Positions 12,673 through 26,258 of a DNA stretch of 64,000 bases are shown here, in pieces. The stretch's first letter is position 1. Each line of letters starts with the position of its first letter. The position numbers and the translations under genes were made by a program. This DNA is from Elsinoe ampelina (Eukaryota), in assembly GCA_010093995.1 (NCBI GenBank), contig ML992502.1:2488728-2552727 (forward strand). Reading direction: 5' to 3'. The notes beneath the pieces were generated by a model. That model made no database searches and had not been told where the DNA came from. It was given only the letters and a program-made list of their open reading frames with translations.

Positions 12673-14036
12673 ACTGGATGGTGAGGTAGAAGAGAGCACT
12701 AAGAGAGGTACTGAATAGTATGGGTGACGATGATGTATAGTGAGTTGGTAAAGACACTCAGAAAGAAGTAGTTGTGAACTGCCAGAAGAGAGAGAGCTGA
12801 TACAGTTGACTCCGTGTTAGTAGCTCTCGTTCTCTTTGTGAATAGAAAGAAAGATGAATGAGAGGAGCCAGGATATGTCAGGCTTTGATGAGTAATGTGT
12901 GAGCTACTGAGACGGTATAGGTGGACCGGAAATGTAGGAGATGAGGAGTAATGGTCTGTTGCCAACCTGTGTGACTTGATGTGAGGTGAGATAGAAGGAT
13001 CCAAGCATGGATGAAAGCTCGTTCGAGAGAGCTGGTAGTTGCAGGAGAAAGTGGTATGGGAAACTCCGAACTGCACCAAGATAGCTGCTGGATGAATGAG
13101 AATGATATGCGGTGGAATGGGCTAGAGATAGTATCAATATATGTGGGCACTGGTGCCTCTAGTAGTGAGTGTCTGTGACATTCACATTTGGCCAGTCAAT
13201 GAAGCCCGTAGATTGTTCAATGGTTGTGTCATTTGTGAGGACTTCAGGGCAGTGGTAATGAAGAGTGAGAAGTAATTGAGCAAGCCTGAACACTGGTAGT
13301 ATGCGTTCATCGATCAAAGTAGAGACCCAGGTAGAGACGGCAATGCCTAGAATGGAGTAGCGTACATAGTACGCCGGGGAAGAGGTGATTTGATCGTACG
13401 GTTGGCCAAGTCCAAGCGACGACCATCGATATTGCTCAAGGTGAAGTGAGGGACAATACGGAGAAGATAATATTGGAGAGAGTGAAGGAAATTAAGATGA
13501 TGATATCCGTGAAGAACAAGGATGAAGGGGCGGAAAAGGGCAACGCAGTCGGAGCTAGGAAGGTGAAGGTTTACACCCATGGGAGCCAGGAAGGGAAATA
13601 CATATGTTACTGTGACATTGATGTAGTGCGAGCAAAACATCAAGTTATGAAGTGAGCAGATAGCTCCAGTCAGATGAGTAGATCATCAGCCTCGCAGAAG
13701 ACGTCAGCGGAATCATTCACATGCCAAACAGTACAACCAGGTGCATCATAGGAGATATCAACATCGTTCTCCACCCACTTCTTTGCCCCAAGCCCTTCTC
13801 TACATCTCTGCTCCATCGACTTCCCTTCTCTCCTCCTCCTCTCCACCATCTCGGTTCTGAAAGGATCTGCGCATTTCAACGAACACCACGCACGTCACCT
13901 ACCTGATCTTCTCACTTACCATATCGCCAGACCCATCTCATTGCTTCATCTACCTCATCGCAGCTCACTCACTTCACTTCACTTCACACACTATACTGGA
14001 TTCAGTGGAACGGTACGGCGTCAGACATAGCAAGCA

Positions 14037-15391
14037 ATGCTGTCGCACTCCCGATCTCGCAGGTCTGCTATTAAGCAAGCAACAGAGATACAGAAGATCG
14101 TTGTGCAGCCTAAAAGGTTGAGCAAATCCGAAAAGTTCAATCGCCGAAAGAGGTGGCTGGAAACAGCAGTGAGGAAGGGCGAAGTCGATATCATCTTCCA
14201 CAATGGAACGATGAACATCGTCAAACATCAGAATGATGCCTGCGACAATGATGCAGACGATAGCAGCGACGACGAGATGGTTGACCAGGACGAGGAAGAT
14301 GGCGAAACGGACGATCCCAACTTGAGCGAAGAGCAGAAGACGATCAGAGTGCAGCGCACCGAGATCGAGAAGCTATCTGCGGACAACGAGGAGGCCAGGG
14401 AGGAGATCTTCCGGCTTACAAACGAAAATCAGGATCTTAAAGGCGAGCGTAACGTCGAGGATGTCCAGAAACTCGGTCAGTTGATGCAGACCCTTTTCCT
14501 GACTATCGAGAACTTCGCAAATCTCCAGTCCGATAGTCTGAGCAATGGTAAGTTGCGCTTGTGTGATTGGGTCCATGGCTGACGACAGTAGGTATCGTTG
14601 AGAGGAAGAATAAAGGCAAAGATCTTACCAGGTACCGGTGGCTCAAGGATCAGATCCCACACTGGAATCTGTCGAAAGACAGAGACTACCAGAAGCATGT
14701 TTTGATGGCCATCATCAGCATGAGCTTTGTGGCGCATCATTACGAATTCGGTCCCATGGGTCCTAGCTCGAAGAAGGGAGCAGAGTTGGCCAACTTTCTC
14801 GACCCATTCAAAGGTTTGTCGACGTGGGTGTAGACCGTGGTGGTTAGCTGACCGTATCAGGGTTGGAACAGAGACACCTGTACAAAAGACTCACCAAATC
14901 CGTTGAAACCGCCCACCGTCACCTGCGACCTGATGGCGAAACGTCGCTGATGCGGGCTCGAATCAGCGATCTCCGAAGCAGATTTGACGTATGCTTGAAA
15001 GACCTCACAGCTGTGGATGTCGCAAAGCATGTCAAGGACCTGAATGACATCGCCGAAAGAGCTGCGAAATTGTCGGACCGAATTCATTTCAACCAGGCGA
15101 CGTTTCGTTTGTGGCCTTACGGGGACAGCTTCTTGGACTGGCACCGATCCAAAGAATACAACGAGAGTCTTCACAAAGGCCTGAAGGAACGTACCAATGA
15201 AAAGGACAATCGGATCCATGCCATTGTGTTTCCCGGCTTGGTGAAGAATTTCGACGAGCAGGGCAATGAGGTAAGCAATCTTTTGGTAGAAAGTACTCTA
15301 GCTGACAAGTGTTGACTAGACAGGTGAGGTCCTGTTCCAGGCCAGGGTACTCTTCGAAGCGCCCCATGATACTGCACATAAAAACCAGTAA
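14037..15391 (+). CDS. Hypothetical protein of about 405 aa: acidic patch, coiled coil, C-terminal 'IVFPGLVK...G...EVLFQARV' motif
   Basis: Four exons (14037-14547, 14589-14813, 14861-15270, 15320-15391) join in frame with canonical splice signals. Heptad-like segment RTEIEKLSADNEEAREEIFRLTNENQDLK. Confidence 0.7.
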
Positions 15392-15738
15392 AGAATCCAG
15401 ATGATCATCACCAAGGCAGCACAGTCCTGAGGATGAATGGCTGTGTTGTTCGAGGCAAGATGCCTGCAAGCCAGGCCATCAGGGTTCGATAGTGGTTGAT
15501 TCTGGACGACGAGGACTCGGCTGCGAATGGGTTGTGACATAGGTCGAAGGATCAAGTACAAAGTCGCATATGGCAAGAGTGGCGGAGGGCAAGTGGGTAG
15601 GCTGACTAAGCTGGGACAATTTTCGTGTCTGTCTTCAAGCAAACATCCCATTGGCGCTTATTCCTTGTCAACCACATTCCAATGTGATGTGATACTACAA
15701 ACAAGCGCATGCTAGATCTGGTTTAGCAGCACTTTACA

Positions 15739-16189
15739 ATGGCCGAGCAGTCAGAATACGTGACGCTGGTCAGCAGTGATGGGTACGAATTCGTCGTCCA
15801 AAGATCCGCGGCTGTCATTTCCGGCGCCATCAAGAGGATGCTTGATCCGAATAGTGAGCACTAGCTGATCGTACGTTTCTTCCTCATCGACTTACGATTG
15901 TCAGGCGGCTTCGCTGAATCCACCACTGGCATCTGCAAGTTCGAAAACATCAAGTATGCTTCCTTGCTCGGATAGGGACAAGCAGTGACTGATTCGCCAC
16001 AGCGCCATTGTCCTGGAGAAGGTCTGCGAATATCTTTACTACCACGAAAAGCACAAAGATGCCAAAGACGTCCCAGACATGGATATACCACCAGAGTTGT
16101 GCTTGGAGCTGTTGATGGCGGCGGATTACCTGAACGGTACGTGCTTCTTCGATTCATTCACAAGCTTCGGCTGACCTCGAACAGTTTAG
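15739..16189 (+). CDS. ELC1: Elongin C, 4 exons
   Basis: Spliced product MAEQSEYVTLVSSDGYEFVV...VLEKVCEYLYY...IPPELCLELLMAADYLNV. Not captured by the ORF track because of three introns. Confidence 0.93.
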
Positions 16190-16521
16190 CATGATACCCA
16201 CAATAGATACGACTCACGAATACGGAGCAGCACGATCATCCTTTGACACTGTTTGACCCCGCCGTGATTCCCCTCACAAGTATCCCGCATCACGAGCATA
16301 TCCGTCCGGTCTTTTCTCCATGACAGCGACGTCTATAGTTGATGCTATATCGACATTCCATGAGATAAGAGTCTTGCTCGAACTTCCCTGGGACTTTGAC
16401 TTTCTTGTTTGGAGACAAATATTTGATTTCTTTACCAATATACAGACCGTATGTGTGGGTATCTCGAGTGATTCGTAATCTTGTACAAGTATCGAGTGCC
16501 GGTCGCCGGACCATGACAGCT

Positions 16522-17634
16522 TCATAGTCCATCCGAATGGATCCCTGCCTGTGTGAACAAGTCCCGCTTCATCTCTGCAACTTCAACTTTCCTCTTGTCC
16601 AACGACTCAAGAGTCCTCCGTGCCCGGTCCACCTTCTCCAGCATCACCGGCGCAGTGACGGACTCTTTCCCCGAAACCTGCTGCACCAATCTCGCCTTGT
16701 TCTCAATCGCATCTATCCTCTCCTCCAACACCCTTCTCTCCACCTCCTTCAACACCAACACCACATTCCTCTCCCCAAACTCCTCCACATGCTCCACAAA
16801 CAACTGAAACGGACACAACGCCCTTCCTTCCTTCACCAGCTCACTCCTCCTCTGATCCCCCCCAAAAAACCTCGTCCAATACGGACTCAACATGGGCGTA
16901 TTCACCACCTCCCCACCATCGCCCCCATCCCTCCTCCCCCCCTCTCTATACCCCATCCTCCTGCCCCCCTCTTGATCCCGCCCCTCATACCGGCCCCTGA
17001 ACCCCTCCTCCCACTCATCCCACACCACCCTTCCCGCCAACACATTCTCCCCTCCCTCAACCCCATACGCCGGCGCAATCTCATACCTCACCCGCATCTG
17101 CCCGACCAGTCCCTCGTAAACCCCCCGCGCCGCCTCCCTGAACACGGCATCAATCAACCCGTTTTGCCCCTCGTATGTACACAGCTCCACGCTCTTGAGC
17201 GCCATTTCCTCGGCCAGTAGCCGGAAAAGCGCGCGGAAGGGACGGTTCGCGGTGTCGTAGTAGTACAGCGCTTTGGAGGCGATGCTCACTCTTCTGAGCC
17301 CCAATCGTGTAGCCGGTGGTAGGTCGGAGAGGAAGTGCACGGCTGACGCGCACGAGGTGGAGAGGCGGAATGTGTTTCCCCCCAAGAAGAGGGTGGAGAT
17401 GGAGGGCTGTTCGGAGCGGGATAGGAGGAGGAGGGGGAGGTAGGGCGCGGGAGTGTGCGAGGAGAGGTGCACAGGTTGGGCGCCGGTGGTGTCGAGGAAG
17501 GTGCTGGGGGTGCTGGCGGGGCGTTCGGTGAGGATGAGTGGGTGGGGGTGCACGAGGAGGTGGGTGTAGATTTGGTGGCGGAGTTCGGGGGGGAGGCCGC
17601 GGAAGGGGAGGTGGTGGGAGGTGTTGGGGAGCAT
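16522..17634 (-). CDS. Hypothetical protein with an N-terminal F-box-like motif
   Basis: PFRGLPPELRHQIYTHLL, followed by LLLLSR and FLGGNTF, as seen in fungal F-box-like hypothetical families. ATG at 17634. Confidence 0.65.
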   Translation of the reverse strand: MLPNTSHHLPFRGLPPELRHQIYTHLLVHPHPLILTERPASTPSTFLDTTGAQPVHLSSHTPAPYLPLLLLSRSEQPSISTLFLGGNTFRLSTSCASAVHFLSDLPPATRLGLRRVSIASKALYYYDTANRPFRALFRLLAEEMALKSVELCTYEGQNGLIDAVFREAARGVYEGLVGQMRVRYEIAPAYGVEGGENVLAGRVVWDEWEEGFRGRYEGRDQEGGRRMGYREGGRRDGGDGGEVVNTPMLSPYWTRFFGGDQRRSELVKEGRALCPFQLFVEHVEEFGERNVVLVLKEVERRVLEERIDAIENKARLVQQVSGKESVTAPVMLEKVDRARRTLESLDKRKVEVAEMKRDLFTQAGIHSDGL

Positions 17635-17869
17635 GGTTGGTGGTCTGGTGCGGGTTGGCGAGGAGAGGGAGGCGGGAGGAGGTTGTGGTAGGGGAGAGGG
17701 GAGTGTTATCGCTATCGGGGTGTTGGATGTGGGGGCCGGTTGCGGAGGGTACGGATGACGTGAGTATATTTGGTACAGCAGAGGACAAGTAGCGAATTCT
17801 TCCTCATCCACTTCACCACTCATACATTTGTAGAACTCCACAACGATGATTAGATGCAAAGACACTATC

Positions 17870-20016
17870 CTACAATTTTCCTCTATCCAAAAACCTCTTT
17901 GGCAGATCCACCCATCTGCTCCTCAAATACTCCGCCACATTCTTGCCCAAGAAATCATAACTAGAACTACAGCTCACTCCTCTATCCAGATGATCCTTGA
18001 GCAAGAAATGCACCGCTCGCATATTCTTGAGCTCGAAACGATCAATCTTCTTCCCGTTGTACTCGTCCGCTAGCAAATCTACAATCTTCTCCGTGCTCAG
18101 CAGCGTCCGCAGCCAGTCCCATTCGTCTTGTCGTCGGACCCAAAAGCCGACGTTGCAGTCTGAGCCTTTGTCTCCCGAGCGGGCGTGGACAATCCAGCCT
18201 AGAGGCCCTTGGATCGTTGAACCGTAGTCTTTCGTGGACGGAGAAGACGTGACGGGCTCATCTGGTTGTTGGGAAGGGTAGGTCTTCGTCTGTGATGGAG
18301 GTGGTATTACCACTTCTTCTCCATGCCAAAGATTCACTGCGTGCTGGACTTCAGATTGTGGTAGTAACGTGACGTAGTACTCGTAGATTGGCTTGGGTAA
18401 GGCCTGTCTCCAGTCGAGATGTGGTGTTGCTCCAGGGTAACCTTCCATGATGGGGTCGATGATGGGTCGGAAGAAGTACTGCGGCATCAAGTACTCTTCC
18501 TTCTTTGCCTGCGCCAGGATCCGAAAGTCGACGGTCGCTGCATTCTGATTGCGAGCATTGACTGCGGCTGTGCCGTTCAGCGTAAACTCTAGCATGGTAA
18601 ACAGATCCTGGTAGGGTTTTAATCCATGCCTGATCTGTGCCTCCATCATCTGCGCCTTCTCCTCAATGTCCAGCCCAGTCATAAACCAATGTGCCTCAGC
18701 CTGATACCCTCCCTTTGCAGTCAATCCCACCTTCGTCGTCGGCGGCGGCAAATCCCCCTTCACCCCTCTTACCGCCACCCGATTCCTCCCGACGTCCTCA
18801 AACCACATCTCATCCAACACCGCCGTGACATCCGAATTGAAATACCACGGCCCCTGAACCTCATACAACAACTGACTAGTACAAGTATCCACGCTCACCT
18901 CTCCCCCACCCCAAAGACTCTTCGCAATCACCACCTCCCCCTTCCCCCCAATCTCCGCGATCGGGTACCCAATATCCTCCCACATCTTGCTCTCCAACGC
19001 CTTGAACCCCGTAAAATTACCCCCGCAAACATAATTACTACACTCCACCAAATGCCCCGCGACAAACGCATTCGCCAGCTCCGCAATCCTCTCCCGTCCC
19101 CAACCATGCCACCACGCCGCCGCCCCAATCACCGGACTAGCATCACTGACCCTACCAGCAACGACGATATCCGCGCCCCTCCTCAACGCTTCCGCAATCC
19201 CAAGCCCCCCGAGGTACGCCTGCGCGTAAATCGGCTCAAACTTCCACTCCTCCAACTTCTCGCCCGTGCAGAGATTCACGAACTCCTGCCCTTCGTTGCG
19301 GCATTTCTTGATGGCGTCCATGACTTCGTCGCCGCTCACCCACGCTACCTTGAGGTTGAGTCCGCGCTTCTTGACCAATTTGCGGACTTCGAGGTAGAGT
19401 AGCTCCGTGTCGCTCGCGCCCGCGTTGACGGCGACTTTGATGCCGTGGCGGGCGATGTCTTCGAGCGCAGGGGAGAGGGATTCGAGGAAGGTGGGTTCGT
19501 AGGCTGGTGGAGCGGAACTGGCCGCGGGGCCAGCGACGGGGGAGAAGGTCGAGGCTGTGCTGTGGTATTTGCTGGCGCCGCGGGCGGTCATGTTCGCTTC
19601 GGAGAGGAAGTCGCCGGTGATGATGTCGATGGGGTCGTCGGGGTGGTAGGCGGCGAAGGTGGCGAGGGCGTGGCGACGGTCGGAGGCGGAGCCGGAGCAT
19701 CCTTGTGAGGTCAGTGGGGGTAACGAATGTTGGTGACTTCGTCAATGTCTTGCTGGTTGTGACGGGAACGAGGAGTTCAGTTTGATGAATGAGCCTTGTT
19801 CGGCATGACGTGGATAGTGTGCATTCGAGGATCAGATATCCGGGTCAACGCCAACAGGATTCTGGCAAATCGCCTGGTAGTACCTTTCTTCATTAAACTA
19901 CCAGGCTGGAATCCAGGTGATTGTGAAGAGGCGCATGCATTGCAGCAAAGTCGGAGAAGGTGAAGGAAAAGTGCATGCTTACCTGCGATGCGAATAGGCC
20001 TCTTCCCAGGCATCAT
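17870..20016 (-). CDS. Acyclic terpene utilisation AtuA-like (DUF1446) protein
   Basis: Spliced N-terminus RPIRIAGCSGSASDR (intron 19982-19702). Motifs GDFLSEANM, AYLGGLGI, GRVSDAS, GHLVEC, QLLYEVQG, ARSGDKG and LGKNVAEYLR. Confidence 0.9.
19872..19906. repeat. 10-bp inverted repeat GCCTGGTAGT/ACTACCAGGC (TGGTAG-N17-CTACCA dyad) inside the AtuA-like intron
   Basis: Read directly from the sequence. Confidence 0.8.
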
Positions 20017-22800
20017 AGATATCTTGATTGGACTGTGCACAGATTACAGAAGTGAAGTAGAAGTGATGGGAAGGCAGTAGGATGCAGTCAATAGAGAAGC
20101 TTGCTCTACCTCGGTGCTCCGCCTCAAGATGCGGAGATGCGGGGAAAGCTGGGGCTGCTGTTGTTCACGAATCAATGCTCGGGGATCTCTCGCCGAGATG
20201 TATTGCCGGATCGACCGTGTTTACAAAAGACAACATTAGAACAAGGGTAGTCGAATATTGCCCATCGATCAAGACCGGATCTATGTATAGTCAGTTCGAA
20301 TCTTTTTCGGGAGAAGGGGCGACTTATAAAAAAGGACAACGCCGCCGACCATCCGAAAGTAGCCAGCAGCAGTCAAGGTCATCCACACTTGGGACCATCT
20401 CCCGACGCAGCCCCTCCGCCCCAGCACAACAGAGCCGACCTGACAACTTCCAGGAACCGCTGCGAAAGCCCCCAAAGCACGACCATGTGAAGCAAGTAGC
20501 ACAGCATCCTCAAGTCACAAAGCCTCTGCCATGATCGAAACAAGTCAGAAGACGCTAGATCATTCTCATCTCCAACTAGTCCGGGTGCAAGAAACAACAG
20601 ACAAGCCAAAGCTTTGATCCTCACTCGAGAGAGGTCCCGTCGTTTCCGCAGTGATCCGAACAAGTCTTCGACGATGCAGATCCAACGACTCCTTCCCCAT
20701 CCCGCACATGGTGTTGACCGTGCAGTCTCTCCACTGCAATACTTGCCTCACACGATGATCCTGCCTTTAGAAACCTCCCGCCAACCCCCAGTCGTTGCGG
20801 AGCAGCCAAGTAGCCTGCTTAAGAAGAGCCACCTGCAGACGACCCGCAACAACATCTCCCGCCACCCACAGAATCACCAAGTCCAGTCGAATCGCGAGAC
20901 GCACCAATCATCGTTGACCCAGACAGAGCACTCTCTCTGTTGTATAGCACTGCTCTCTGAGACTAGTCTTTGATTCCCATGCCGTGGACAAACCAGGCGG
21001 AGGGCTTTGAAGCGGACAAAGTACATCAGCAAAAACCGCTTTGCTCCATGCATTGTGAAAGGGAGCGTATGCGCATAGGGAGACGACTCCCATGTCGCAT
21101 GAGTGTTTCGGCGCCCACCGTCGACCTTGCATACAGGGATGCAGGGGAGATGATTACCGTGACTGGTCAGATACTGCTTGTTGTTGGCTGATGCCGAGAC
21201 AAGTGCTTGAGGTTGTGTGTAATGGAAGAAGAGGTGGAGTAGAGGTAGCTCCAAGGCAATTGAGGAGGCGTGCGCAGGTCAAGAGTCATTCGCCAGCTGA
21301 GGTGAGAAAGGGTGAACGACATTCCGCCGGGCAGGGTCTAGTGCAGAGCTTGAGGAGGACCAACGACAACGACAAGACATCATAACAATCGACAATGGCT
21401 GGACGACCTTGCTGAAGCTTGAAGATGGCCAAGGTGTATCGACAGGTGACAGCACTTTGTGTGGAAGAGGACAACCTTGCTAGATCCTTTTCAAGATCGT
21501 ACTGACAAGTGTCGCCCTCAAGTGAATGTGCCATCCCTGCCGATCTGTTGGAAAGCCATCTCCAGCTCTAGCCGTCCAGCCACCCGGTATTGCCATGACA
21601 TCAGGTCGCCGAGTCCACGAAGGTCCTTCCAAGATGCAAAAGAAAGCGGAGATGGCGATTGCCCACCATAGCTTCGAACAGCGAATGATGCTCCTTGTGT
21701 TCGACCGCAAAGACAACTAATTCAAGAAGTCCGACGCCCCTCGCCTGTACTCTCTCCTCATCCCATCGAACCGAACCAACAAACGATCTATAGACCAGAG
21801 TAATATGTCTGGCCAACCCGGCGTGCGCGCCCCCCAGGGGATCTTAACGGAAACCCGACGCAGGACCGAGCCAGAACTGCCTTCCCCAAAAAGGATCAGG
21901 CACCAAACGCCCAACAATGCTTTCAGAGCCCGCATCAAATGCCCCTACATAACGCAGTGACAAAAGTCGCAGACTCCTAGTGACAATGCCAGTGACTTCC
22001 TGCGAGAACAGGACCGCGGGGCTGATAAAACCGATGGATATCTTAGGGTTAAGTTCCGGACGTCGAGCGCGTCACCGGACCGAGACGACACAAAGAGGCA
22101 GGGACGTGGATCGTGCTGGGAGACCTGTCGATGCTCTTCGGGTTGCTTCGGCCGGAGTGGTGACGCCTCGTGAGAGTTGCGGGTGGCAAGTCGACGTTCG
22201 TTACCGAGGGGAGAGTGTTGTGCTTGGTCTGTGAGGCTCAATTGAGCCGAGAGAGTGGTGTTTGGATCGTGGAGGATTCATGCGCCCGACGATTCGAAAT
22301 TTGGGCGGACTGCAGGTGTTCCGTGTATGTGTGGTGGAAGATGCTTAGTTTGTTGAAGTGAAGCTCTGTGAAGCTTTGTTGGGAGCACGCGTCGCGCGTC
22401 CCTTTCGGGCAAAACTCGGGCCAATTTTTGGCCCATCGGCCTGTAGAACAGTCGATGTGGAGATATAAGATCTCACGTAAATAAGCAGGGCGCAAATTCA
22501 AGAGCTGCATGAAATTGAGTACTTTTGGGTTGTCTGCTACATTCCTCGGGTATCATGTTGATCATATCTCTCACGCAAAGCACTCCTTCTATAGCGTATG
22601 CGGTTGAGCTCGTGCAGTTGTCCCCCCCTCGAACTCGCTCCTCCATCGCACGCTCATCTAATCGACTGCATAGAGCGTCTCATTCGCCATTGCGCCTTGT
22701 TTGCGGGCATTGCGCCATGTCCACGGCGCCACAGCTGCTGCAGGTCTTCTGCTCCTGCTTTGCCCTGTACGTCCTAGATATCCTTTATTCCTCCCTCCAC

Positions 22801-23182
22801 TCAATCTGACATTGCTGTGTCCCCATTCTTCGATGCCCTCGCTCCAGATATCCAGAGAACGTTGTTGCATCTGATCAACACATTTCCGAGTGTGCCCTTG
22901 TTGTCCCCGCCAATGATCTCCGCTGCATCTGCCAATTGTATATTCATGTACGAGTCGACCGATACAAGGCGTCCGTGGTACTCAGTCTCGCCCCATTTCA
23001 AGCGTACGACGATGTCTTTCTCGACCCTGTCAGCTTGTCAGTATGAGCCTTTCGCATCGACGGGACAGCGTGGTCGCATTGTCGGCCTCTCACTAGTACG
23101 ATCGTCCGCTTAAATAAACCAACATGCATACTTACAGCTCTTGAAGCATGGGTCGAGGGTTCTTCGGGGCTAGTATTGACAT
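22801..23182 (-). CDS. SMX3: Small nuclear ribonucleoprotein F (SmF)
   Basis: [47 protein letters not shown]...IRCNNVLWI. Intron 23135-23027. Confidence 0.92.
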
Positions 23183-23671
23183 CTTGTTGGGCCGGTCCGA
23201 GTTGGTGGGCGCTGGGCCGATCGAGCTACCTTCGCGTTCGCAATATTATTCCTACGCTGTACAAAGTTGACCAGTGACAAGGCTTAGAGTCCAGTCGTCG
23301 CCTCTTGTCGAAGGTGATAGCGGAGGGCGGTAGAGATAGATTTGGTCTGCACAGCTCGAAGTGAAGTTTTGGAAGCCGACTGCTCCAAAAAGGTTTCTTG
23401 GCACAGACGTCTCCTCGTGACCACGTGAGAGACGACAACCTGCTTCAGAGTTTCCTGATGAAAGCGGCGGCCGAACATCCTCATGTTTCTTTTTTGGTAA
23501 TGTGAATCAATTATCTTTGGTACCTAATAATACATATGGAAAATGTACCTGCATGTCCGTGCTAGGTAGGTATCAAACAGAAGTATAGGTAGAATAAATA
23601 ACAAAAAACTCCTAGCCTGCTTTCCGAACAGTCATCTCGACTCGCCAAAATCAATTCCCCTTTTGCAGCAT

Positions 23672-24883
23672 CTACGAATCTTGAGACTTGACAGAATAGC
23701 CTCGGGTCTGGACGGTGGTGGTGGTGACAACGTTGATGCCATCAGGGCCGCTCTTGCTGAGCTCGACAACCTCACCGTGTCCTCCGGTCGTCTCCTCCTC
23801 ATGGCCCATCATGGTGACGTTGCCACGCTCAGTGTCGGCGTTAGTCTTGCCTCTGCTTTGCTCTTGTCCGTATGTACGGGATCGGGTGCCAGAGTTGGTA
23901 GAGCCGAAGTTGGGGAAGAGGCGGACGATGAGGGGCTTCAGGGCAGGGACTGGAGAAATGTCAGCAAAGGGACGGTAGATACATGACTACCATAGAAACC
24001 CACCGGAACTGCAAATGATACCGACTGTGCACTCAGTGATGGACCAGATACCGAGGATGATGTTCTCCCATGAGAAATCAGTGGCGCCATTGGACTTGAT
24101 GAACTGGGCAAGACGGAGGATGGAGACGATGATGACGAAGCCACCGACGGCGAAGACAGCCATGAGCGCAATCTTCTGTCTCTTAGGAAGGTGAAGGTTG
24201 GTGAGCACTGGCATGGGAGACAGAATAACCATGAAATCGGTGATGATGTTCATCACTGAAGCTTGTTAGTGGAATTATGTTTGTTATGTTCAAAACAACG
24301 TACCAGTGTTGCCAATGAAGATGGGCCAAGTAGCCATGCACTTTCCGGTACCCTTGAGGTTCCAGAAGGACTCAATAGGCCAGCAGATGAAGATGCATCC
24401 GAAGAAAGTCCAGAGACCGTACACAACCAATATGCCAATCATGACCTTGACCGCGATCTGGAAGCGAGGGGTGACGAAGATACGTCTGTACTGGAAGAGT
24501 AGAGAGAATTTGGTGCAGGTGAGGGCGCCATTGTATGTCCATAGAGTGAGCCATAAGTACTTCAAGAAGTGGGATACTTGGTCCGGCGTGAGATCGGCTG
24601 CGTGATATCCCAGACCGTACTTGTCCTCTGCAAAGACTATGTCAGCTGGTTTATACTAATGCGATCATCATCACTTACGCATGACAAAGGAACCTAGGAC
24701 TGCGAGCGAGAAACACCAAGCGAAAATGATAAAGACATCTTCCACGCCGAAGTTCTTGGTGATGGCCAGATGTGAGTACAGCCTTCCGATGACGGTGATA
24801 CCAGCGAGAGCCACCATAATGCTTGCACACAAAACGAGGTCCCCATCACGTTTCTCCGCAGTACTATGGTCAGGTGCAGACAT
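23672..24883 (-). CDS. PTH11-like integral membrane protein (fungal rhodopsin-domain GPCR), multi-exon, no CFEM seen
   Basis: RLYSHL..FGVED, GLGYH, TKFSLLFQYRRIF, CWPIESFW, NIITDFMVILSPMP, LHLPKRQK, WSITECTVGIIC and LPALKPL. Three introns; stop at 23672. Confidence 0.88.
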
Positions 24884-26258
24884 CGTTGTGGTGTTGAAGG
24901 CTGATGTGCTTCGCGAAATGGAAGGGAAAGTATGGTACAGTGGTGACAGAGGGGAGAACTCCGAGAGGCTTCGCTAATGATTATAACTTGTTCCCACTCC
25001 CGTTGACCACAAATTATAGTTCCGGCAAATACAACGTTGGCAAACAATGAGGAGGGTAGAACGGGTGAAGCGTTCGCAGACCAGACGCTCGATTGGGGTA
25101 ATTCAACAACGTCGTGAATCCTTGCTGGTAGATTGGCGCTGGGTGCCTTAGTAGGGACTTGGAAAACTGCTGCACGGTGGAGGGCCATCTCAACAACCGT
25201 TGAATCCAATCCGCCTCCCAGTCGTTCTAAAAGTCGAAGCGAATAAACGTCCAATGGAATGCATCCTTTCGCACAAATTCTACCAGTCAGCCTCTGCGCT
25301 TGCGGCGATCAGTTTATAACGCCGGATTATTGGGTCTTTCGAAGTTGTCAGGGAGCCCTTGTGCAGAAGGTGGAAGTGGGTCTTCCAGGAGTCCCACCTC
25401 CACCGGGACAACGGTGAGGTGGAGTGAGGCTATTGTCGACTCTGACTTCCTCTCGGAGCGAATAGGCTCAAACTTCGTCGTCGTTGACGTGGACTTTGAT
25501 GTTGCCACCACCGGCTCTTCGATGATGTTGAAATAAGTATGCGGGTACAGAATATTCTTGCCTGAAGATGAGAACATGACCAGCGATCACAAACAACGTA
25601 AGAGCAGACGATTCCGCATTGGGCGGGACACCAATGGTTCGACGGGTAATCTAGCTTGGATGCACAGTCGTGACCTTACGAGAACACCTCGGGGCCATCT
25701 GTGGGAGGAGTCGTTGGCCTAGTCGTCCATCGAGAGGTAGTCGCGCCTCCGGGAACAATGAGAAAGCTGTTCGTGTATTAAACTCTACAGCCTGGGCAAA
25801 CGTCGTTGACGCCACTTTCGACGCGCATGAGAAGTCCTGTCACTCGGAGGAGTTCCTCGCCGGAGACGCCGGAAGTTGTAGCTGAGAGGTTTCTTGCACG
25901 AAGAACCGTGAGTGTTCGGATGCGGAGATGGTGTCCAGCCCGTTGTGGAAGGGCATCCCGTCCCCCTTGTCCAGCGTCGGAGCCGCGGTGTCGCCGCCGA
26001 CGCCCGCCCCAGAAGAGGATCTCCCGATCCGCCACGTGACTCTGCACCCAAAAAAACGCGCTTCCGAGCTCAATTCCACCATCATCCCTTCATAACTTGC
26101 GCAAAGGTGACGATGGGCATGCAAGACGTGACAAAGCAGTGGAGCCTACTCTCCAACAGCTCTATCAGCGCACATGCTACCAGGCATAAGTACCGTCCTT
26201 CCCTGATCCATCTTCACCGCAATGACAGTGACCGTTCAACTCTTTGTTGACTCGCAAG

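Noticed and set aside
15739..17634. Elongin C next to an F-box-like gene as a functional ubiquitin-ligase pair
   Set aside because: F-box motifs bind Skp1 rather than elongin C, and such hypothetical genes are abundant, so the adjacency is probably coincidental.
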